A DNA stretch of 64,000 bases. Origin: Octopus vulgaris. Its lineage: Eukaryota. Under the pieces are notes generated by a model that worked only from the letters and a program-made list of their open reading frames with translations, had not been told where the DNA came from and made no database searches. Shown piece by piece: positions 52,081 to 64,000 of this stretch (position 1 is its first letter; every line of letters begins with the position of its first letter). The stretch spans positions 66,464,001-66,528,000 of the forward strand of contig OX597830.1 of assembly GCA_951406725.2 (NCBI GenBank), given 5' to 3'. The position numbers and the translations under genes were made by a program.

Positions 52081-52224
52081 AGAGGGCATTATACATACAT
52101 GCCAGAGGGCATTATACATACATGCCACACGCTAAGAGGGACAATTAGTAATTTCTACCAAAATTTTTGGTAGAAATGACTAATTGTCCCTCTTAGCGTG
52201 TGGCATGTATGTATAATGCCCTCT
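52081..52224. repeat. ~60-bp-arm palindrome with a 23-bp tandem duplication at the left end
   Basis: AGAGGGCATTATACATACATGCC occurs twice, then ...CTACCAAAATTTTTGGTAG... mirror. Confidence 0.9.
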
Positions 52225-52440
52225 ATATATAAATGTATATATATATATATATGATAATATTAGGGAGTATAACTCCAAACTTACAGGGGAAAATTCGATT
52301 TAGTATTAAATCAAATTTCACAGTATAAATATATAAAATATGAATAAGAGATAAAACCACTATTAAGCAACTCAAACAGTGATAAACATAAACCAATACA
52401 TAAATAACAACTAATATAAATATAATTAACATAATTAACA

Positions 52441-52503
<63 letters not shown>

Positions 52504-53139
52504 GATCAGATAAAGTAATATTTTAGAATACTATTATAATGTGTTGGTCTGAGAGGCAATGTCTGGCCAGTTTGAACATAAAACAGAATATTTTGGTTGG
52601 ATATGGCTGGATTAAGTGCTAAAGGGTTAAAAGTTTAAAAAAATCTATGGTTGTTAATATTTATTAGAATTTACTAACTTTCAGAGAATGTAAAATTATT
52701 ATTAAAATTTTTTTTTTTGGAACATTGGATCTCAAAGCAGATGTGCTATTAGTAATAAAATGTAAATATTGGGTTAAAAAGAAGAAAAAAAACTTTAGAT
52801 AGAAAAAAGTTGAAAGCCGCTGTTGGAACTTGAACCTGCACCTGTAAACATGTCAGGCATTTGTATCATAGAACTAAGATAGTCTTAGACAGGTCAGTAT
52901 CAATAAGGTGAAGCATTAAACCTTTTGAAATAGTATACCAGTTCTTTGTTAGGAAGCACTAACAGTAAAATTACTTTCTACAGAACTTATTATATCTTGC
53001 AGGAGGTAAGATATCTAAAGTAACTTAATCCCTATAAAATTAGATTAAATTTAGTGACTTGCTTGTAACAACCCTTCATCTCTCTCTCTCTCTTTCTCTG
53101 TCTATCTTTTTGCCTTACTCTTTTTCTTTGAATCAGAAG

Positions 53140-53189
<50 letters not shown>

Positions 53190-53203
53190 CCACACACACA
53201 TAT

Positions 53204-53590
53204 GGCGCAGGAGTGGCTGTGTGGTAAGTAGCTTGCTAACCAACCACATGGTTGCGGGTTCAGTCCCACTGCGTGGCATCTTGGGCAAGTGTCTTCTGCT
53301 ATAGCCCCGGGCCGACCAATGCCTTGTGAGTGGATTTGGTAGACGGAAACTGAAAGATGTCTGTCGTATATATGTATATATATATATGTGTATGTGTGTG
53401 ATAGTGTGTCTGTGTTTGTTCCCTAGCATTGCTTGACAACCGATGCTGGTGTGTTTACATCCCCGTCATTTAGCGGTTCGGCAAAAGAGAAAGAATAAGT
53501 CCCGGAGTCGATTTGCTCAACTAAAGGCGGTGCTCCAGCATGGCCGCAGTCAAATGACTGAAACAAGTAAAAGAGTAAAAGAGTAAAAGA
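53204..53590 (+). mobile_element. SINE family A
   Basis: Homology to 348-747. Confidence 0.9.
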
Positions 53591-53680
<90 letters not shown>

Positions 53681-54459
53681 AATTTACTTGGAAATGGATG
53701 CATGGTGTTCTGCTCGAAATACGGAGTAGAAAATCAGCCAATGACTGAAGGGTCGTTCTTTATGTTGTTTGCCTTGTTTTCCATTTGTTTCTTTCATTGT
53801 TCGCAAAAAAAAGTTCATATTCCATGTTTACGTATTTTTCGTATTTCATGTTGTTTACGTTCTGTGACGTCCTGTGCCCATATATGCATATATATATATA
53901 TATACATATATAAATATATATCTATATATGAATGTATATATGCATATATATATGTTATATGAATATATGTATGTATGTATATACACATATATATATTATT
54001 TATATGATATATATATCGTTCCCTATCCATCCCACCCTACCCCCCACCCCAACCTTTACACCCACTCCCACATACCCCACCTCCACCCCCACCCTCAGCC
54101 TAACCCACACCCCACCCTTGCTTTCCCCACTGTTGCCTCCCACGCATCCCACCACCACCACGCCATACCACACACCACCACATCACATCACACCACCATG
54201 CACACACTAGCACTAATCACTTCCCAGCCCCACACCATCATCCACACACCTTCACACAATCTGGAAGAGAAGGACAGTATGCAACCGTTAGCTAAGGGTG
54301 TCGACCACTAAGGGTGTCTACCACCTACTGAATGTTTCATATGCTCTGTCAGATGCTTCCTGGCGAGTTTGTATCCAAACAAGGAGGACTAGGTTTTGCA
54401 TTGCAAAAACTCAACCATATGTATATATGGGTTAATATAGTTGCTAATAAACTTTTTTA

Positions 54460-55309
54460 GCAAGCTAACAGTCCAATCATGATATTAGTACGTTCTGGCA
54501 CTGTTTTTCTATACATCGCTGGTGGAGAGATGAGTCACTGCTGTCTCTAATGGTCGAGCATCCATCACTGATGAGACCAAGGAAGGTCTAAATCATGTGA
54601 TCTGCTGGTCTTGGCACTGGAGTTGGTGGGGATTTACCTCCCCTCTAGCTATTAAAACAAGAGGGCATTTTGCACCAAAGCCAATATGATAGTTTCTTAT
54701 TTCTTTACTGCCCACAAGGGGCAACACACAGAGTGGACAAACAAGGAAAGACAAAAGAATTAAGTCGATTATATCAACCCCAGTGTGTAACTGGCATTTA
54801 TTTAATTGATCCCAAAAGGATGAAAAGCAAAGTCAACCTCGGCAGAATTTGAACTCAGAATGTAGTGGCAGACGAAATACTGCTAAGTATTTTGCCCGGC
54901 ATGCTAACGATTCTGCCAGCTCGCTGCCTTAAAAGCCAATATGAGAGTTTCTCTCATGCTATCTCCTGCAGTATAGTCTGTTCCAACAGAACATCCACAT
55001 TTAAGTAGGGATAAATGTTAGCTCTCAGTATTAATACTGCCTTCATCGCTAATATATATTTTCAAACAAGCTCACTGGCTAATCACAACATTAGCGCCTG
55101 TTCTGGCATTGTTTTTGCTATATACCACTGACAGGTTGAGATGAGTTTCTGCTATCTCCATCATTGACTAGATGCAGGAAGGTTAAAATCACATGATCTG
55201 GTGGTCTCAGCACTGGAGTTAGTGAGGATTTATCTCCCTGCTTACAATATAAACGAGAGTATAATTTACAGTGGAGGGTAAATATTACCACTTGATATTA
55301 ATACTGCCT
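54460..55309 (+). mobile_element. Tandem pair of ~350-bp units, each with a decayed hammerhead (54562-54608, 55158-55204); retrozyme- or pLTR-like
   Basis: Unit 1: CCATCA-CTGATGA-GACC(AAGGAA)GGTC-TAA-ATCATGTGAT-C-TGCTGG. Unit 2 is homologous but more decayed. A family B SINE (54698-54930, ~21-bp TSD) interrupts unit 1. Confidence 0.6.
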
Positions 55310-55820
55310 CTGTAAATCCTCGAGTATAGTCTGCCCTTGAGTATAATATGCAGGAGATTTTTAGGGGGCTGTACCTCTGAAAAACCTAAACCTTGTATAT
55401 AATACGCACCACTTCTCTAACTTGAGTCAAGGAGGTCTATATAACGTCCTTGGTTTGGAAAAATGTATACGGTAACGTCCTTTATTATTATTGTATATAT
55501 AACATAATGCAAACATGTAGCTTTTTGTGCATTTTGTTTGCAGATAATAAAGAAATAACAGTAATAACGTTTAATAAATGTTGCTTACTGCAAGTTATGG
55601 ATGATTCTTTTATGACTTCATTGCTTTCAGGCTTAGCTTAAGGTATTTTCGCACCCGACATCACAAAATGCGTCTGAATAAACATTGACGGACAGCAAAT
55701 AGAGACTCGGACATTGCTTAGAAAATATTTTTCATTTTTAACCTCGTATATAGTACGCACTAGGGATTTTGACCTTTAAATTTTGGGGAAAAAATGCGGA
55801 TTATACTCGAGGATTTACAG
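55310..55820. mobile_element. Tc2/pogo-like non-autonomous DNA transposon
   Basis: TIRs CTGTAAATCCTCGAGTATAGTC / GATTATACTCGAGGATTTACAG; TA on the right flank. Confidence 0.8.
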
Positions 55821-56602
55821 TAATTGAGATCACTTTAAAACGGAGTTTGTATCATAGAACAATTCTATGAAAGAGCAGGTTTCAAGTGGGTTAGTATGAA
55901 AAGTATTAAAAGAAAGTTCAGTTGTTATTTACCAATTCAGCAACTATGTAGAGATACCCCAGTGTGAGCTTAGTGTCTGGTGTTATAGTACTACTTTAGT
56001 CACTGTGTAAAAGGTTCCTACATGGTCTGGTATCTGTTTATTTATTGGTATTCAGTTCATATATGACTTGTATTTGTATATGTTCTCACCAAGAAATACT
56101 CGACTCTGGACCATCAGACAGTTCTTTTTATATTTTTTGGTATTTTTGGTATTTTTGGTATTTTTTTTCCTCGTGGTTGTTTGACTAGACGGAATACAAT
56201 GTTCAAAGCATCGGTTGTTATAAACAAATAACAATATTGAAACAACACCAGCCTATGGCTTCGTAGCTTCTTGAGATTAGGAAATCTGTTTATTTTTCTG
56301 AAGAAGAAGAAGAAGAAGGAGAAGAAGAAGAAGAAAGAGAAGGAGGAGGAGGAGAAGGAGGAAGAAGAAGAGTTGTTGTTGTTGTTGGTGGTGGTGGTTA
56401 GTGGTAGTGATTGTGGTGATGGTGGCATTGGCGATGGCAGTCATTGTTTACCTATAAGTCAGCTTCTGATCGAATAGATCTATAATCAAAGGCGTTCCAG
56501 ATATGACCCTCCTGACTTTTGTCAAATTCAGTGTATCTGTAGCAATTATATTATATTGCCAAATGTTTCCATCCATTTTTAAGACAGTACAGTACCATTT
56601 GT

Positions 56603-56815
56603 TGAGGTGCATAGTTTAGTGGTTAGGGTGTTGGACTCATGATAGTCAGGGTGTGGTTTCAATTCCTGGACTGGGTGATGCATTGTGTTCTTGAGCAAAA
56701 CACTTCATTTCATGTTGCTCTGGTCCACTCAACTGGTAATCCTGCAATAGACTGGTATCCTGTCCAGGGAGGAATATATACCACAGAGAAACTGGGGAAC
56801 TGACCCTATGACGCT
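56603..56815 (+). mobile_element. Old tRNA-derived SINE with CORE-like and V-domain-like segments
   Basis: TAGTTTAGTGGTTAG, GGTTTCAATTCC, TTGAGCAAAACACTT and CCTGCAATAGACTGGTATCCTGTCCAGGG. Confidence 0.6.
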
Positions 56816-57019
56816 TACAGAGTAATGTGGACTAACTAACAGGGCCATTTAATTTTTTTTTTTAGGGTGGGGTGGAATTCAACTGTTATTTCTAGGAGGT
56901 CAAATGACCAACCACATATAAGGTGCTTTTATTGGGGCTTGGCAGCTTAATGATTTTGAGTGAAAGTAATTAGACTAAATGGCAATGCCCCAGTATGGCT
57001 GTAGTATTTGGGCAGAACA

Positions 57020-57211
57020 TGTACAGGTGGCATGTAAAAAGCACCCACTACACTCACGGAGTGGTTGGCGTTAGGAAGGGCATCCAGCTGTAGAAACATT
57101 GCCAGATAAGACTGGAGCCTGGTGCAGCCTTCTGGCTTCCCAGATCCCCGGTCGAACCGTCTAACCCATGCTAGCATGGAGAATGGACGTTAAACTATGA
57201 TGATGATGATG
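57020..57211 (+). mobile_element. Repeat family C
   Basis: Conserved tail and (TGA)n. Confidence 0.85.
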
Positions 57212-57299
57212 TAAAATAATGTAAAGAAAAGCTTGCTTTAACTTCAGAACAGATATATAGAAAAGTTTTAAAATGCTTTACCTATCAACAGGATATATT

Positions 57300-57973
57300 C
57301 TTTACTTGTTTTCAGTCATTTGACTGCAGCCATGCTGGAGCACCGCCTTTAGTCGAGCAAATCGACCCCGGGACTTATTCTTTGTAAGCCCAGTACTTAT
57401 TCTATCGGTTTCTTTTGCCGAACCGCTTAGTGACGGGGACGTAAACACACCAGCATCGGTTGTCAAGCAATGCTTGGGGGACAAACACAGACATACATAC
57501 ATACATATATATATATATATACATATATATATTTCTTTACTACCCACAAGGGGCTAAACACAGACGGGACAAACAAGGACAGACAAACGGATTAAGTCGA
57601 TTATATCGACCCCAGTGTGTAACTGGTACTTAATTTATTGACCCCGAAAGGATGAAAGGCAAAGTCGACCTCGGCGGAATTTGAACTCGGAACGTGACGA
57701 CAGACGAAATACAGCTACGCATTTCGCCCAGCGTGCTAACGTTTCTGCCAGCTCGCCGCCTTTTCTATTTTTTTTTTTTTTGATATATATACATATATAT
57801 ACATATATACGTATATATATACATATATACGACAGGCTTCTTTCAGTTTCCGTCTACCAAATCCACTCACAAGGCATTGGTCGGCCCGGGGCTATAGCAG
57901 AAGACACTTGCCCAAGATACCACGCAGTGGGACTGAACCCGGAACCATGTGGTTGGTTAGCAAGCTACTTACC
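57300..57973 (-). mobile_element. SINE family A with a family B SINE (57531-57762) inserted in its microsatellite
   Basis: Both halves of family A flank a complete family B copy. Confidence 0.9.
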
Positions 57974-58103
57974 ACACAGCCACTCCTGCGCCTATATATA
58001 GATATATAGAAAAGTTTTAAAATGCTTCACCTATCAACAGGATATGGACACAAGCAATCACAAATACATAAATAATTAAAAGGTTTATATGTTTAGCATG
58101 TAT

Positions 58104-58134
<31 letters not shown>

Positions 58135-58871
58135 ATATTATAATATTTTCTTATGTATATAGGGTAGCAAGCCTAAGGAATAATATAATAAAACTAAATA
58201 ACTTATGGTATTTAGGTCCAGGTATATTCACAATTGAAATCATAACAGATTTGACTGTGATATTACATGTTGTTTCTCTGAGTTTGATACAGTAAGTAGC
58301 AGTAATATACTGGTATTTATTAAATTAATTAATAGTAGTGTTGTAACCATAAAAAAAAACAACCTGACTCACCTTATTTGAGTGTGTAATAGATACAGGT
58401 TATGCAATCATAACGTGTGTGAGGAAAGGTGAAGATAATAACAGTAATATTATCCATTATGCCTTTTGTATGTCTTTAGCATATGATACGATACGTTATA
58501 TGTTGTCATTTCTATCAGTATCGTACAGTATGTCAAATTGAATATATTTGCACTTATGTACATACATACATACAACATACATACATACATACATATATAT
58601 ATATATCATACATGCATACATACATACACATACATACATACATACATACACACACACACATACATACATACATACATACATACATACATACATACATACA
58701 TACATACATACATACATACATGCATACATACACATACATACATACATACATACACATATACAGGGCGGATCAAAAGTCATGCACCAAAACATTTGATATT
58801 TTATTCATATTATGTTGTTGTTGTTGTTGTTGTTATTATTATCATTATTATTATTATTTTTATTAATATTA

Positions 58872-58948
<77 letters not shown>

Positions 58949-59269
58949 ATTGTTGTTGTTGTTGTTGTTGTTAAGGTGGTGAACTGGCAGAATCGTTAGC
59001 ATGCCGGATGAAATGCTTAGCAGTATTTCACCCTTTGCTACATTCTGAGTTCAAATTCCGCCGAAGTCGACTTTACCTTTCATCCTTTCAGGGTCAATAG
59101 ATTTAGTACCAGTAAAACACTGGAGTTGATGCAATTGGTTTGTCCCCTACCCCTCAAATTTCGGGCCTTGTGCCTTTAGTAGAAAGGATTATTATTATTG
59201 TTAATACTCATCTTGGTTATTTCATTTATTTTATTCAATTTTAGAAATATTTATAATATGTGTGTATTC

Positions 59270-60260
<991 letters not shown>

Positions 60261-60934
60261 ATATGTGTGTAATATATATCAAATGAGTTTTTAATCTTAA
60301 TGTGTAACTTTTGGCACATCCTGTGTGAATATATGTGTGTGTGTGTGTGTGTGTATTATTTATGTGTGTGTGTGTATAGATATCTTTTGTTGGCTGTGTG
60401 TGTGTGTGTGTGTGTATGTACACATACAACTTTGAATATATGTGAAATACAGAGAAATCCTGTATCAGCAAATGGTTAAATGTTAGTTCCTTTAACCAAC
60501 CATTTCTTCAACTGAGAGGGGTTTAAGGCAGTGCTGCTTAAGGGCATAGGCACATTAAGTACTTGCTCAGGGGCCTCATGAGTTTAAGGGTCCAATGCTA
60601 ATCTATACATGCCTGACTTGCTGTCAAGAAGTTAATACTATAGGGTGCAGTGCATTCTTTTAGTCAGTTGTTAAGCAGGTTCTAGTCTGGGGTATACAAA
60701 ACAATATTTTGCAGGTGTGATAGTTGAGAGGTGATATAAAATAGATTAAGGATCCTGGTTGGAAAACTACCACTATGAAAGTTTTTTGTTCAAAAATCAT
60801 ATCCTTGAAAAGTTAACATGTGGGTTTAATGTAGCATGGTAAACCCAAAATAACTTTCTTTTATATATGTATTCATATAATTACAGTGTGGAAGGTGTTT
60901 ATAAGCCATTTAAGAAACACTGCAGTACAAAGTT

Positions 60935-60983
60935 TTGTCAGTGAACAGGTCACAGTCTCAAAGCGACGAAAATGTTTTGACAA
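60935..60983 (+). ncRNA. Hammerhead-like motif with swapped G3-C8 core, in element 60884-61120
   Basis: TTGTCA-GTGAACA-G-GTCAC(AGTCTCAAA)GCGAC-GAA-AATGTT-T-TGACAA. Confidence 0.55.
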
Positions 60984-61230
60984 ATTAAATTTAAATGTTG
61001 AAGTGAATCTAACGGCTTTGTGTGTCTCTTAAATAGCTTATAAACACCTTCCACACTGCTATTGTTTTCGTTCCAGCACATGATCTCAGATCAAGTCACT
61101 TGCTATGCAAGTACATCTCTGTATTCATATATATATTCTTTTATTCTTTTATATGTTTCAGCCTTGAGGCTGCGGCCATGCTTGTTTTTCTCTCTCCAAT
61201 TTTTTTTGTCTCCAACTCCCCCCCTCCTCC

Positions 61231-61264
61231 TTTCTGTCGAAGAGCATAGGCTGGAAACATCAAA
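61231..61264 (+). ncRNA. A6U-variant hammerhead motif, slightly decayed
   Basis: TTT-CTGTCGA-A-GAGC(ATAG)GCTG-GAAACATC-AAA. Confidence 0.5.
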
Positions 61265-61335
61265 ATCTTTTCCAGTCTTCCCAAGCGTCAAACTAATGCA
61301 CTTGCTTGTTGTTATTTCACCTGTCTTTGTCTTTG

Positions 61336-62069
61336 TTCTCGAGTTTCAAGCATGATGCTAGTCATCAGTCATTTTGAATTTGAATGACAGAAGTTGATTG
61401 TTATTACCATAAGGTGGGCTGCGAGTGGTCGAGAAAGGTCATATGGTGTTGTGGTTTGATGTTGGTATACGGTTGGGAAATACCGCATGGTGAACAGGAA
61501 ATTGACCATGTGGTGGACAGGAAATAGGCCAATTTCTAATTACCACATGCTCTATTTCCTATTCGCCATGTGGTATTTCCCAACTAACTGTTATCCATAT
61601 TCTGTTGTGTCTGGGGTGAGTCATTTTCTTTTTGTGCCTTATAATTTAACACACCCACCAGTAAAATTTCCACATTTTTCTTACTTTTATTCTCCTAAAA
61701 TTTTTGTTGCATTGTGCAACCTTTTCAATAGTTAGAGTCAAAACTATTGAAAAGGTTGCAAGACACAAAGAAAATTTTAGGAGAATAAAAATAAAAAAAA
61801 GTGGAAATTTTGAGTGTGTTACATTATAAGGCACAAAAAGAAAATGACTCTCCCCAGACACAACAGAATATGCTTCAACACACGAACTCACATAAAGAAT
61901 CTTACAAACCAAATCCAAAAACGAAATGTTACCCATATGTAAACATCAAACCACGACACCATGTGACCTTCCTAAACCAACCGCAGCCCACCTTATGGTA
62001 ATAACAATCAACTTCTGTCATTCAAATTCAAAATGACTGATGACTAACATCACGCTTGAAACTCAAGAA
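61336..62069. mobile_element. Long-TIR foldback/MITE (~130-bp arms) containing two internal inverted repeats
   Basis: Outer arms 61336-61465 / 61937-62069; inner hairpins 61472-61584 and 61596-61872. Confidence 0.8.
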
Positions 62070-62105
62070 TACCAATGAATTTGAATCAAACTGTTTTGAT
62101 CCATC

Positions 62106-62156
<51 letters not shown>

Positions 62157-62644
62157 GTGTGTGTGTGTGTGTATGTTTGTGTTAGGTCCCCAAGGACCTC
62201 TTCTGGCTAAAACACAACCTAATCGTAGCTAGCACTACATCACATAGACTGGTTTATTTGGGGGGTTTTTTTTTTAATAGTAGAAGGCAGTTGCTTAAGG
62301 TGACCCACTGTGGGACTGAACTTGAAGCCACACGGTTGCAAAGCAAGCTTCTTAACAACACGCAAACACACATATGCACACATGCATGTATACATACAAA
62401 TGCACATACATATGTACATACGTACATACATTCATACATACATACATTCATACATACATACATACATACATACACACATACACATACACTCACACACACA
62501 GATAGAGGGAATAATAGATGAATAGATACAGATGTACTGAATACAAATATTTTAGTAAGTGGAATGTCTTCTATGTATATATGTGTATATATGTGTGTGA
62601 GAATGTATTTCTATGTGCTCGTGTGAAAGTGGTGGTAAAAAGAG

Positions 62645-62793
62645 ACGGAGAAAAAGAGAGGGAGAGAGGGAGAGAGAGGAAGTGAGAGAGAGACAAAAAA
62701 GCGAGTGGGAGAGAGAGAAAAGGAGAAAGGGGAATGAAAGAGAGAGAGAGAGAGAGAGTGAGAGAGAGAGAGTGAGAGAGAGAGAGTGAGAGA

Positions 62794-62824
<31 letters not shown>

Positions 62825-63060
62825 TGAGGGAGGGACGGAGAGAGAGGAAGTGAGAGAGAGACAAAAAAGCGAATGGGGGAGAGAGAAAAGGAGAAAGGGG
62901 AATGAAAGAGAGAGAGAGTAAGAGAGAGAGAGTGAGAGAGAGAGAGTGAGAGAGAGAGAGAGTGAGGGAGGGACGGAGAGAGAGGAAGTGAGAGAGAGAC
63001 AAAAAAGCGAGTGGGAGAGAGAGAAAAGGAGAAAGGAGAATGAAAGAGTGAGAGAGAGAT
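62645..63060. repeat. GA-rich compound minisatellite, 3 units
   Basis: GAGAGAGAGGAAGTGAGAGAGAGACAAAAAAGCGA...GAATGAAAG repeated three times. Confidence 0.85.
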
Positions 63061-63215
63061 GTGGGAGACTAGTAACATGGAAACCGCTATTGAAAAGCGT
63101 TAATGAAAGAGTGGAAATTTGGGAGACTAATAACATAAGAGAAGGAGTGACTAATAGAGATGATAAATATTAAGGAATAATAATGTCATAATCGAGATAG
63201 GAAAACGAGAAACAA

Positions 63216-63306
<91 letters not shown>

Positions 63307-63807
63307 GAGCAAGAGATGCATTAGTTTTAGTGGGTTTGTTATGTGTTTATATGTTTTTGAACCAATTAAATGTCTGTTTGAAACCCAATCAGTAACGGTT
63401 AGCTGAACCTCATCATAAATTTATTTATTTTATTAGTCTGTCATAGTTGTAATTACATTTTCATCTTATTTAAACTACAGTAAAACAACAATGACAGGGG
63501 GGGGAAAAAAAAAAAAGTAAAACGAAAGTGAAAGTAGAATGAGGCCATTGTCAGTAAGGGTACAAGTATTGACCCTGTAATTCCTGGTTCTCCAGACATT
63601 CAGTGAATTAAAACGAAATTTTTAAGCTTAAACCTAATGTTTAATGTGAAATGAACATTCAACTTTCTATAAGTTCTGATTGTTGATAGTGTGTAGCCCT
63701 AGGCTTGTCCATGTTTGAGTAAACTTATGACCATAGTTGTTCTAGTCATAGCTACTGTCTCAAGCACAAAAACACATATATTATATAACAGGCTTCCACA
63801 CAGTTTC

Positions 63808-64000
63808 TTATTTCTTTTCTGCCCACAAGGGGTCACACACAGAGGGGGAAAACAAGGACAGACAAACGGATTAAGTCGATTATATCGACCCCAGTGAATA
63901 ACTGGTACTTATTTAATTGACCCCGAAAGGATGAAAGGCAAAGTCAACCTCGTCGGAATTTGAACTCAGAACATAGCAGCAGACGAAATACCTATTTCTT
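63808..64000 (-). mobile_element. SINE family B, start of another tandem multimer (runs off the window)
   Basis: Ends in the same GACGAAATACCTATTTCTT junction as 45225-45826. Confidence 0.85.

Noticed and set aside
52990-53012. TTGCAG|GAG|GTAAGA as a 3-nt micro-exon
   Set aside because: Such short motifs arise by chance in 64 kb and there is no supporting evidence.

Overview
AT-rich, repeat-saturated eukaryotic DNA with no intact protein-coding gene. The SINE families and very high microsatellite density point to an octopus (coleoid cephalopod) intergenic or large-intron region; this is inferred from repeat recognition, not a database match. Nearly all listed ORFs are microsatellite or SINE read-throughs. 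The window holds at least 4 SINE-like families (dozens of copies, some nested), 3' fragments of RTE, CR1/L2 and R4/Dong-type LINEs, a decayed DD41D Tc1/mariner, and several MITEs (mariner-, Tc2/pogo-, piggyBac- and Helentron-like). The most notable signal is a set of short non-coding elements, mostly embedded in (TA)n tracts and often folded into long inverted repeats, that carry minimal type-I hammerhead ribozyme (HHR) motifs with palindromic stem III, as known from Penelope-like elements and retrozymes. About a dozen such motifs are present. They include canonical CUGAUGA cores and three recurrent non-canonical cores: A6U (CUGUNGA), U4C (CCGAUGA) and a swapped G3-C8 pair (GUGAACA). All calls are by eye, boundaries are approximate and ribozyme activity is untested.
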